From NCBI GenBank assembly GCA_965216565.1, contig OZ244170.1:320001-384000 (forward strand): a stretch of 64,000 nucleotides of DNA, in the 5' to 3' direction. Of the stretch, positions 33,254 through 41,783 are shown piece by piece. The stretch comes from Bythopirellula sp. (GTDB lineage Bacteria; Planctomycetota; Planctomycetia; Pirellulales; Lacipirellulaceae). The translations under genes and the position numbers were made by a program. The notes below the pieces were generated by a model, which ran no database searches, had not been told where the DNA came from, and saw nothing but the letters and a program-made list of their open reading frames with translations. Within the stretch, counting starts at the first letter, position 1; every line of letters begins with the position of its first letter.

Positions 33254-34348
33254 GTGGTCAGTTCTCAGTCTGTGGTTCCCGTCACGCCAGCCTCTCGCAG
33301 AGGGTTAGTTCGTCCCCAGATGATGATGGCCCTGGTCCTCATTGGGCTATTGGCCGCGTTCCTGTGGATGCGTGCGAGCAATCTCGAAACGCAAGCCCGG
33401 CAGGACGACGTGCAGCGGACGATGAGCACGTTCATGAGCAATCTGGCTCCGATGAGCAAGCTCGACCCGCTCTACACCGATAGCGACGGCGACCTGCTAG
33501 CCGACCCACCAGAAAATGCAGACCTGGCCGTTGAACCCACCGAGCTAACCTTCGCATTCATCGCCTCGCGCGATTCCACAAACAACGAGGATGTGTGGAA
33601 GCCAGTTCTCGAATCGATTTCCGAAACGACCGGCGTGCCCTGCAAGTATCTCCGGCTCACAAGTACGAAAGACCAGCTTCAAGCTCTGCGCAGTGGGCGC
33701 CTCCATGTCACGGCCTTCAGTTCTGGTGAAGTACCCACGGCAGTGAATCTCTGCGGCTTCAACCCGGTTTGCACCATCGGCGATGACGATGGTAATTTCG
33801 GCTACAAGATGCAGTTTATTGCCAATTCGAAAAGCGAGTTGAAAGATTTGGCAGATCTTCGCGGTAAGAAAATTGTGTTCGTGCGCCCTCGATCGAACTC
33901 GGGTTACAAAGCGGCGCTCGTAGAACTAATGGGTGGGCAGAAAATGTGGCCGGAACGCGACTACCAATGGAGTTGGTCCTACGGTCACGTCGATTCGATC
34001 AATGCGATCGCCTCCGGTCAAGCCGATGCCGCCCCGGTTGCCAGTGACGTGTTCGCACGAGAAGTCGCCAAGGGCGAACTGAAGGCTGACGATTTCCGCG
34101 TGATTTATGAGTCGGAGCGTTTTCCACCCATGGCCTTCGGTTACACCTACAATCTGACCGAAGAGCTGCGAGAGAAAATTCAGACCGCGTTACTCGATCT
34201 TGAGTGGGATGGAACCCCACTCGAGAAAGAATTCGGCGGCGACGGTTCGAGCAAGTTTGTGGCCCTAACCTACAAAGACGACTGGGCGAATATCCGCCGT
34301 ATCGATCGTGCTGCAATGGATGCGAAGCGAGAAATCCAAGGCAACTAA
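33254..34348 (+). CDS. Phosphate/phosphite/phosphonate ABC substrate-binding protein (PhnD-like), membrane anchored
   Basis: N-terminal TM, DSDGDLLAD, DLRGKKIVF...SNSGY, GHVDSI...DAA, YESERFP. Confidence 0.8.
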   Translation: MVSSQSVVPVTPASRRGLVRPQMMMALVLIGLLAAFLWMRASNLETQARQDDVQRTMSTFMSNLAPMSKLDPLYTDSDGDLLADPPENADLAVEPTELTFAFIASRDSTNNEDVWKPVLESISETTGVPCKYLRLTSTKDQLQALRSGRLHVTAFSSGEVPTAVNLCGFNPVCTIGDDDGNFGYKMQFIANSKSELKDLADLRGKKIVFVRPRSNSGYKAALVELMGGQKMWPERDYQWSWSYGHVDSINAIASGQADAAPVASDVFAREVAKGELKADDFRVIYESERFPPMAFGYTYNLTEELREKIQTALLDLEWDGTPLEKEFGGDGSSKFVALTYKDDWANIRRIDRAAMDAKREIQGN

Positions 34349-36363
34349 TTCTCTGTCAAGGCGTCATTCTCAGCCAGCAGCGGTGTGTTCACGGCGTGAA
34401 TCCGCGCAGAATTAGAAATTCCGGAAAGCAAAATACACAAGGCGTGGTATCGACCCATGTCGACCGACACAACATCTTCGATTTCACTTTTTAATTGTGG
34501 CTTCTGCTCGGCATCGAAGGCGAGTGTCAATTTTGGAGTTTCGTAGACGATTTGATCGCCGGATTGATTCAGGATCGAGATCTCGCCTTCGATTCTGGCT
34601 GTCAAAGTCAATGCATTCTGAGCTGCTTCGACGAGAAATCCGTCATGCGGCGTTCCCGCCTCAAAGGCTTCGCGGCTGCCAAAAAACGTAGGCTTCTTCA
34701 AGTAGGGGCCATCATACTCCGGGCAAAAAGTGTCGCAGTTCCCGCAATGGTTACAATAGTCGGCAAAATTAGCAATTTGCTCGCTCTGTTCCAGCTTGAA
34801 TGTCTTCTCCTCGCCAATGGTTTGTATTCGACCATCGGGAGAGACTTCGAGATCCTGATAGAAGAATTCCACTTTGCCAGTATGGTAAGCAAAGTTCGCA
34901 TCGTTAGGGCAAACGGGGATGCACTTATCGCAGGTGATGCAGTCGAACGTCGTAAGATGCGAATCGATCTTTTTGGGGACCGATCGATTCCGATCGGCGT
35001 AGTAGCGAGAATCAGCCTGTGTTTCTTCAACGATCAGGGGCGTGTTTAAAAACCCAGCAACAATAGGGTCACCGCCTGCGGCTTCGCGTTGTCCGCGACA
35101 GTCAAGAATGTAGTCCCCAATCGTCTTTGCCCCGACGGCATCCATGGCCTTGGTGAGCTCCTTGAAATACGGCGGCAAACGGCCATACCCGCCTGTTTTC
35201 AATAAGTCAGTACAGGTTGTGATCGGCACAAACCCACAGGCGACCATCGCTGCTACGTTCTTCCGATCGATACCAGCTGAAAATGAGATTGGAGTCTGCG
35301 AGCCCATCGACTGCCGGTATTCGTTTGCCAAAGTTAGCGTAATCACGTGGAGCGGAAGACCGGAGAGGTACATGACTTTCTCCTCGGGGGAGAAGAAATC
35401 CTTATGGTTCGAGACTTCCAGCGTATTGGAAAATTTTGCTCCATACCCCAGGCCATTCTCCTCAGCCAATGTGGCTAATCGCTGGCTCATGGCGATCGAT
35501 TCGTCAAATTGCAATCCATTGGTATAGGCTTCAGCATGGACGGTGACTTCGTGATAGCCCATCACTTCGTAGAGTAAGTGCTCCAGTCGTTCTTTGCCAA
35601 GCATGGGGGGATTCATTTTCACGATGACATCTACGCCCATCTCCTGAAGAAGGAATTCACAGATGCGTTCGATTTCGTCCGCCGGGCAGCCGTGGAAAGT
35701 GGAAAGGGTAATGCTGCGACTGAGATTTGTCGGATAGTCGAGATCTTTCAGTCTAGAGAGACGAGCCGGAATCTGATCTCGCAATCTTTCGACAATCTTG
35801 CTCGCATCCATCATGCCACGGATGAACTGACAAACCTTTTCCGTTTGAATCCCTTCGAGGTCGTAACCGATTGACATGTCTAAAATGGTTTCAAAGGCGG
35901 CACTTTCCGGAGAGTAATTACCAAGTGGCTCCGCAAATTCCTCTGGAGCGTGACGCAGCATATGAATGAGCATTGCCCCTTGAACATATTGGTCGAGGGA
36001 TTCTTCAACGAGCAGTTCCTGCGACCATTCGATGTTATAGCCCACATTTGTGGCGTCGATGCAAGGGCGTCCGATGTCGAGCCGATCATTCACCTGCACA
36101 GTTTTCAGTTCCATGATCCGAGAACCTGCCAACCACGAGAGAACCAGGTTCTGGGCCATTTGAGATTGGGGGCCAGAAGCCGGGCCAACAGGATTGCCTG
36201 CCCTTTGACCATGAAAGTCGACCGACAAGTCGTGTGTCGCACCTTCGTTGGAAGGCAGATACCACTTCCGCGCAGGCAAGTCGAAGATGGATTGCTGATT
36301 CGCATACTCTAGTCGCATGCGATCGATGAGTTCGACAAACGGTGTGCAGAAGAGGTCGACCAT
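34345..36363 (-). CDS. YgfK-like oxidoreductase, short form (DHODH-like barrel + 2x4Fe-4S, no FAD/NAD domain)
   Basis: GPASGPQSQMAQN...ELKTVQ, PCIDA, NIEWSQEL, STFHGCP..EIE, KFSNTL, MYLSG, CTDLLK.GGY; CITCDKCIPVCPN and CNHCGNCDTFCP. Confidence 0.8.
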   Translation of the reverse strand: MVDLFCTPFVELIDRMRLEYANQQSIFDLPARKWYLPSNEGATHDLSVDFHGQRAGNPVGPASGPQSQMAQNLVLSWLAGSRIMELKTVQVNDRLDIGRPCIDATNVGYNIEWSQELLVEESLDQYVQGAMLIHMLRHAPEEFAEPLGNYSPESAAFETILDMSIGYDLEGIQTEKVCQFIRGMMDASKIVERLRDQIPARLSRLKDLDYPTNLSRSITLSTFHGCPADEIERICEFLLQEMGVDVIVKMNPPMLGKERLEHLLYEVMGYHEVTVHAEAYTNGLQFDESIAMSQRLATLAEENGLGYGAKFSNTLEVSNHKDFFSPEEKVMYLSGLPLHVITLTLANEYRQSMGSQTPISFSAGIDRKNVAAMVACGFVPITTCTDLLKTGGYGRLPPYFKELTKAMDAVGAKTIGDYILDCRGQREAAGGDPIVAGFLNTPLIVEETQADSRYYADRNRSVPKKIDSHLTTFDCITCDKCIPVCPNDANFAYHTGKVEFFYQDLEVSPDGRIQTIGEEKTFKLEQSEQIANFADYCNHCGNCDTFCPEYDGPYLKKPTFFGSREAFEAGTPHDGFLVEAAQNALTLTARIEGEISILNQSGDQIVYETPKLTLAFDAEQKPQLKSEIEDVVSVDMGRYHALCILLSGISNSARIHAVNTPLLAENDALTEN

Positions 36364-36533
36364 AATAAAGTATTGTCAATTTCAGGTGTCTGCGGAATAG
36401 AGAGTCCCCTACTTACCAGCTTGAGGACTGTCCGCAATTCTAACAACCACAACCGTTAGGCTCTAGCTAGGGTGAGTTGGTTGAGATAGATTTCAAGTAA
36501 CAAAATAATGCCAAGTGTAGGGAGAATCCATAT

Positions 36534-37799
36534 TTGAGTCGCTCGCTAGTGACCGAGCTGGAATGTGTTACGTGTGCTCGAATCGAACGTGCGGATGATG
36601 CGGCTGCGCCTGAGCAGGTCGCCATGACCTGCCCGTCCTGCGAAGGCTTCGAGGGCGTGCTCGATTTCCACTACGATTTGGACGCCGTTGCCGCCGCTTG
36701 GCAAGCGAATCCCTTATCCTCTCGGCCCACGAATCACTGGCGTTACGCCGAGCTATTGCCCCTGGCCCCGCAATCCATTCCTCAGCAGTGGCAAGTGGGT
36801 TGGACGCCTGTAATCGACGCGAAACGATTGGCCGATGAACTCGGATTAGGGCAGATACTGCTGAAAGACGAAGGCCGCAACCCGTCGGGTTCTTTCAAAG
36901 ATCGCGCCAGTTCAGTGGGCGTCGCGCATGCCCTGCAAGTTGGTGCCACAACCATCGCCTGTTCTTCCACGGGCAATGCTGCTACTAGCTTGGCTTGTCA
37001 TGCGGCATTAGCCGGATTGCCGGCGAGAATATTCGTGCCGCACACGGCACCCGAACCCAAGTTGGCTCAGTTGCTTCTTTACGGTGCGACGGTCTATTCG
37101 GTCCAGGGAACCTACGATCAAGCCTATCAGCTTTGCTCAGCCGCCTGTGAAGAGTTCGGCTGGTACAATCGGAATTGCGCGATCAATCCAGTGCTAGTGG
37201 AAGGCAAAAAGACGGCAGGCTTGGAAATCGCCGAACAATCGCTGTCGATGGGTGGAATCCCCGATTGGGTTGCGGTTAGTGTGGGAGACGGTTGCACTAT
37301 CGCAGGCATTTGGAAGGGACTCATCGAAATGAAAGCGTTGGGCGTGATTGATCGAGTGCCCAAGCTGCTGGGAGTTCAAGCAGAAGAGGTCGCCCCGATT
37401 GGGCAGGCGCTGCAAACAGGCAAATTGCCTGCTCCGGGCGATGGCGAAACAATGGCCGACAGCATTGATGTGCAGGCCCCTCGCAATTGGCAGAAGGCAG
37501 TGCGTGCGCTCCGTCAGGCAGAGGGCCAGGTGATCCTCGTTTCCGATGAGCAAATTTACGAAGCGATGCGGTTAGGTGGACGGCACGGTGTATTCGCTGA
37601 ACCCGCTGCGGCGGCAGCCCTGGCTGGCGTCGTGGCCGCGGTAGAATCCAAGGTGATTGGCCCCAAGGAGCGAGTGCTGGCAATGGTCACCGGCAGTGGG
37701 CTCAAAGACATTCGCAGTGCCATCCAAGCAGGCGGCAATCCATTCAAAATCGAGCCAAGCCTTTCGGCATTGGCCGACGCAGAAAAAGCAGTTAGTTGA
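36534..37799 (+). CDS. Threonine-synthase-like PLP enzyme (fold type II)
   Basis: N-terminal CxxC...CxxC, NPSGSFKDR, SSTGNAA, EGKKT, VGDG, TGSGLKD. Confidence 0.85.
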   Translation: MSRSLVTELECVTCARIERADDAAAPEQVAMTCPSCEGFEGVLDFHYDLDAVAAAWQANPLSSRPTNHWRYAELLPLAPQSIPQQWQVGWTPVIDAKRLADELGLGQILLKDEGRNPSGSFKDRASSVGVAHALQVGATTIACSSTGNAATSLACHAALAGLPARIFVPHTAPEPKLAQLLLYGATVYSVQGTYDQAYQLCSAACEEFGWYNRNCAINPVLVEGKKTAGLEIAEQSLSMGGIPDWVAVSVGDGCTIAGIWKGLIEMKALGVIDRVPKLLGVQAEEVAPIGQALQTGKLPAPGDGETMADSIDVQAPRNWQKAVRALRQAEGQVILVSDEQIYEAMRLGGRHGVFAEPAAAAALAGVVAAVESKVIGPKERVLAMVTGSGLKDIRSAIQAGGNPFKIEPSLSALADAEKAVS

Positions 37800-37819
37800 G
37801 ATAGTTGGAAAGGTGTAGT

Positions 37820-39271
37820 ATGGCAGTTGAGCAGCAGGTAACCGATCAAACAATAGAGCGTTTTCGTGAGCGAAAAATTCTATTGCCCACGTTTGCGCAG
37901 ATGCAGAATCCCGACCTAATTCCGGAGAAAATCAAATCGCGTCTAAAAGAAGTCGGTCTCTGGGACGTCGATCCGGTCAATCTCTTTCGGATTAGTTGGA
38001 AAAACGAGGCGGTGGAGAAGGGCGGACTATTTGGAGAAGGGAATTGGGTCGAGTTTCCTTCAGAATTCACCGGCGTCGACGCCCGGATTATTGGTTTGGT
38101 TGGCAAATATTTTCCCACCGGGGCCCATAAAGTGGGGGCTGCTTACGGCTGTCTGGTGCCGCGGCTCGTTAGTGGTGAGTTCGATCCTACTAAGCACAAA
38201 GCCGTTTGGCCGAGCACGGGCAATTACTGTCGGGGCGGAGCGTTCGATTCGGCACTTGTCGGTTGCACGGCAGTTGCGATTTTGCCGGAGGAAATGAGCC
38301 GCGAGCGTTTTGAATGGCTCAAAGACATCGGTGCCGAGGTGATTGCCACGCCCGGCTGCGAATCGAATGTGAAGGAAATCTACGACAAATGCTGGGATAT
38401 CCGAGAAAACCGGCCTGAATGCGTGATCTTCAATCAGTTTGAAGAATTCGGCAATCCCACGTGGCACTATCATGTAACCGGCTCGATGATCGAAGATATC
38501 TTCGACAGCCTGCCCGAGGGACATCGTTTGGCAGGTTACATTTCGGCCACTGGAAGTGCCGGGACAATTGGTGCCGGAGATCGCCTCCGCGTTAATCATC
38601 CAGGTGTCCGAGTGGTTGCTACCGAGGCTCTGCAATGTCCGACCTTGTATCAACTTGGTTTCGGCGGTCATCGAATTGAGGGAATCGGCGATAAGCATGT
38701 TCCCTGGGTTCACAACGTTCGTAATACCGACGTGGTGGCGGCTATCGACGACGAACAATGTATGGCACTGTTCCGATTGTTCAACGAAGATGCCGGGAAA
38801 GAGTTTCTCGCGAAGTCGCTGTCCGAGGAATTTATCTCACAACTGCCGCAATTAGGCATCTCGGCAATTTGCAACATGATTGGCGCGATCAAGACGGCCA
38901 AACACTTTGAAATGGATAGCAAGGACGTCATTTTCACTTGCTTAACTGATGGGGCTGAACTGTACGCCAGCCGACTCGAGGAACTGAGCGCTGAGCACGG
39001 TAGTTTTTCTGCCGACGATGCCCTCTATACAAAAGCCCGATACTTGGATGGGACCGCGGTGGATCACTATCGTGAGTTGACTTATCACGATCGCAAAGCA
39101 CTGCACAACTTCAAATACTTCACTTGGGTAGAACAGCAGGGCCGCACGGCAGACGAATTACGGGAGCTATGGCAACCGGAGTTCTGGCAGCAGACCTTTG
39201 CCCAGGCAGAGCAGTGGGACCAGGAGATTGAAGCCTTCAACAAACGTACTGGCGTGCTGGAACTGCTCTGA
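37820..39271 (+). CDS. PLP-dependent enzyme (fold type II), substrate unknown
   Basis: PTGAHKVG PLP-lysine motif, WPSTGNY, NQF, TGSAGT, IEGIG. Confidence 0.82.
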   Translation: MAVEQQVTDQTIERFRERKILLPTFAQMQNPDLIPEKIKSRLKEVGLWDVDPVNLFRISWKNEAVEKGGLFGEGNWVEFPSEFTGVDARIIGLVGKYFPTGAHKVGAAYGCLVPRLVSGEFDPTKHKAVWPSTGNYCRGGAFDSALVGCTAVAILPEEMSRERFEWLKDIGAEVIATPGCESNVKEIYDKCWDIRENRPECVIFNQFEEFGNPTWHYHVTGSMIEDIFDSLPEGHRLAGYISATGSAGTIGAGDRLRVNHPGVRVVATEALQCPTLYQLGFGGHRIEGIGDKHVPWVHNVRNTDVVAAIDDEQCMALFRLFNEDAGKEFLAKSLSEEFISQLPQLGISAICNMIGAIKTAKHFEMDSKDVIFTCLTDGAELYASRLEELSAEHGSFSADDALYTKARYLDGTAVDHYRELTYHDRKALHNFKYFTWVEQQGRTADELRELWQPEFWQQTFAQAEQWDQEIEAFNKRTGVLELL

Positions 39272-40581
39272 TGCCCATCTGTTTCACTAATGCGAAGCTG
39301 GTACAACTCGAACCTCCGCTAGTTCTTGACGGTGGATTGCGAGTTGAAGAAGGTGCCATTGTTGAATTGGGGGAGTCGATTGCTCCGGCCGAGGGCGATG
39401 AGATCGTCGATTGCCAGGGAGCGGTTCTTATGCCGGGGTTGGTCAATGGGCACACGCACCTCTATTCGGCGTTGGCAGCGGGTATGCCGGCCCCGCCGCG
39501 TGAACCGAAGAATTTTCACGAGATCCTAGAATTGGTCTGGTGGCGGCTCGATCTGGCCCATTCGCTGGAAAGCGTGAAGGTCAGCGGCCAGATTGGGGCT
39601 CTGGCGGCACTCCGCTGCGGGACGACGACGCTCATCGACCACCATGCTTCTCCGTCAGTCATTGAAGGCTCATTGACGCACTTGCAGGATGGCATCGCGC
39701 AAGTTGGTTCTCGCGGCGTGTTGTGCTACGAGGTGACCGATCGCAACGCGCCGGACGAAGGGCAGCAGGGACTCATGGAGAATGTCCGCTATGCTGAGTC
39801 GTGTGTAGATAGCCAACAGTTTGCTGCGATGATTGGTGCCCATGCGAGTTTCACATTGGAGGAGACTTCGCTCGCTTCTTGTGTTGATGTGGCAAAACGC
39901 CTGAAGTTGGGCGTGCATATCCATGTGGCTGAGGACCCAGTCGACAAAAAGGTCACGCAAGAAAAGTTCGGAATGGGGCTGTTGGACCGCTTTGAAAAAC
40001 ATGGCTTGCTGGATGTGCCGAATACAATTTTCGCACACTGCACCCATCTGGATGAAGACCAAATGGCGCGTCTGAGCGAGCACAAGAATTCGATTCGACT
40101 CGCCCACAATCCCAATTCAAATATGAATAACGGGGTCGGCTACACGCCGGTCGCCAAGTGGCCGCAGACGCCGCTGCTGGGGACCGATGGCATCGGGGCC
40201 GACATGTGGCGGGAAGCACGGACCGCCCAGTTCAAGAGCCACGATGCCGGGTTGCCCGTGCCGTTTGGCCAGCCCCTGAAGATGATCGCCCAATCCGCCG
40301 AGTTTGCATCAAACGCCTTGGGCACACGAGTAGGTGTTCTTGAAAAGGGCGCCGCCGCAGATTTGGTGGTAACCAGCTACACCCCCGCCACACCGCTCGA
40401 TGCCACCAACCTCGCCGGGCATTTTCTCTATGCCATGGGACCCGAATTCGTACGGCACGTAATGATCGACGGTCGTTGGTGCCTGAAAGAAGGCAAAGTC
40501 ACCAGTTGCGACGAACAATCAATTCGCGCTCATTCGGTGGATGTCGCCCATGGGTTGCACGAGCGGATGTCGGCTTTGTAG
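39271..40581 (+). CDS. ssnA: SsnA-like amidohydrolase
   Basis: PGLVNGHTHLYS, GTTTLIDHHASP, CYEVTDR, GAHASFTL, HIHVAE, SNMNNGVG, GTDG. Confidence 0.82.
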   Translation: MPICFTNAKLVQLEPPLVLDGGLRVEEGAIVELGESIAPAEGDEIVDCQGAVLMPGLVNGHTHLYSALAAGMPAPPREPKNFHEILELVWWRLDLAHSLESVKVSGQIGALAALRCGTTTLIDHHASPSVIEGSLTHLQDGIAQVGSRGVLCYEVTDRNAPDEGQQGLMENVRYAESCVDSQQFAAMIGAHASFTLEETSLASCVDVAKRLKLGVHIHVAEDPVDKKVTQEKFGMGLLDRFEKHGLLDVPNTIFAHCTHLDEDQMARLSEHKNSIRLAHNPNSNMNNGVGYTPVAKWPQTPLLGTDGIGADMWREARTAQFKSHDAGLPVPFGQPLKMIAQSAEFASNALGTRVGVLEKGAAADLVVTSYTPATPLDATNLAGHFLYAMGPEFVRHVMIDGRWCLKEGKVTSCDEQSIRAHSVDVAHGLHERMSAL

Positions 40582-40616
40582 GATGTCGTGAGGCCTACCC
40601 TACGGTGGCAATTGCA

Positions 40617-41576
40617 TCAAAGCACGATCCGCGTACCGCTCGTGCCGGCCAGAATCTCTGTGAACTTATTCACGTGGCCAATCAAGACTTGGGAGTTCGG
40701 CTGTTTCGAATGTTGCAGAAACTCGATTGCGGCGCCGATTTTGGGGCCCATGGAGCCGGCACCGAATTCGCCTTGCTTCGCATATTCTTCAGCGTCGGCC
40801 AGTGAGAGTTCCTTGAGTTCTTTTTCAGCGGGTGTACCGAATCCCAGGCAGACGCGCTCGACGCCGGTGAGAATCACTACGGTGGAGATTCCCAGGCCAC
40901 GAGCCAGCAGTGCGGTGGTGAGATCCTTGTCGATCACTGCCGCGGCGCCTTGGTAGAGTCCTTGTTCGTCTCGGTAGACGGGAATGCCACCGCCCCCGCA
41001 GCAGACGACGTGCCCGCCGGCGTCGACGAGGCCTGCGATAGTTTCCACCTCGAGAATTTCTTGAGGCAATGGCGAGGGCACGATGCGGCGATAGGCATCC
41101 TCGGCAACTTTTTGGATGTGCCAATCATCTTCGCGCTGGTGTGCCTCGGCGATGGAACGCAAGAGGCGGGGACCGATGGGCTTGGTGGGATTGTTGAACG
41201 CGGGATCGTCGCGGGCAACCAGAACCGAAGTAACAATGGTGGTTGCTTTGCCGGGTTGGCCCCGGCGATGCAGATCGTTGGTGAGACACTGGGCGATCAT
41301 GTAGCCCATACCGGCTTGGGTGTCTGCGACGCAGACCTCAAGTGGAATCGGATAAAGCTCGGTGCGGGCGATCTCCACGCGTCGCAGCACGTTGCCTACT
41401 TGGGGGCCGTTGCCGTGGGTGATGATGAGCTGATGCCCATCGGCGATGGCAGCCCCCAACTGCTGGGCGGTTTCGTTTGTTTGGGCGAACTGTTCCTCAA
41501 TGGTCCCCTGACTATCGGGGCTGCTGATCGCATTGCCGCCGAGGGCGACGACTAGTTTTTCTGTTGCCTTGGGCAT
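40617..41576 (-). CDS. arcC: Carbamate kinase
   Basis: VVALGGNAI, THGNGPQVG, PTKPIGP, RRIVPSP, GGGGIPV, AVIDKD, GSMGPK. Confidence 0.95.
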   Translation of the reverse strand: MPKATEKLVVALGGNAISSPDSQGTIEEQFAQTNETAQQLGAAIADGHQLIITHGNGPQVGNVLRRVEIARTELYPIPLEVCVADTQAGMGYMIAQCLTNDLHRRGQPGKATTIVTSVLVARDDPAFNNPTKPIGPRLLRSIAEAHQREDDWHIQKVAEDAYRRIVPSPLPQEILEVETIAGLVDAGGHVVCCGGGGIPVYRDEQGLYQGAAAVIDKDLTTALLARGLGISTVVILTGVERVCLGFGTPAEKELKELSLADAEEYAKQGEFGAGSMGPKIGAAIEFLQHSKQPNSQVLIGHVNKFTEILAGTSGTRIVL

Positions 41577-41595
41577 AGAAGTCTTCAACTAGGGT

Positions 41596-41695
41596 TGAAT
41601 CGAGAAAAAACAACTTCCGATTTTTTTAGTCCCCTCACCTAGCCTCTCCCCAAGGGGGCGAGGGAATTGGGGAGAAGTTGTTTTTTCTCGATTCA
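41596..41695. repeat. ~100-bp structured repeat, copy 1: perfect 22-bp terminal inverted repeat enclosing a REP-like core
   Basis: TGAATCGAGAAAAAACAACTTC (41596-41617) / GAAGTTGTTTTTTCTCGATTCA (41674-41695); core CCTCACCTAGCCTCTCCCCAAGGGGGCGAGGGA. Confidence 0.85.
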
Positions 41696-41783
41696 TATGT
41701 TTTCCCTCGGTAGGGTAGGTGCGGTACCTATGTCCCTCTTGAGTTCATTCGTGCAGATTCGTGACATTCGTGGTCAACAACTC

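Noticed and set aside
36534..37799. Assigning the gene symbol thrC
   Set aside because: The family match is clear, but its context in the ssnA operon without thrA/thrB makes a threonine-biosynthesis role unsafe.
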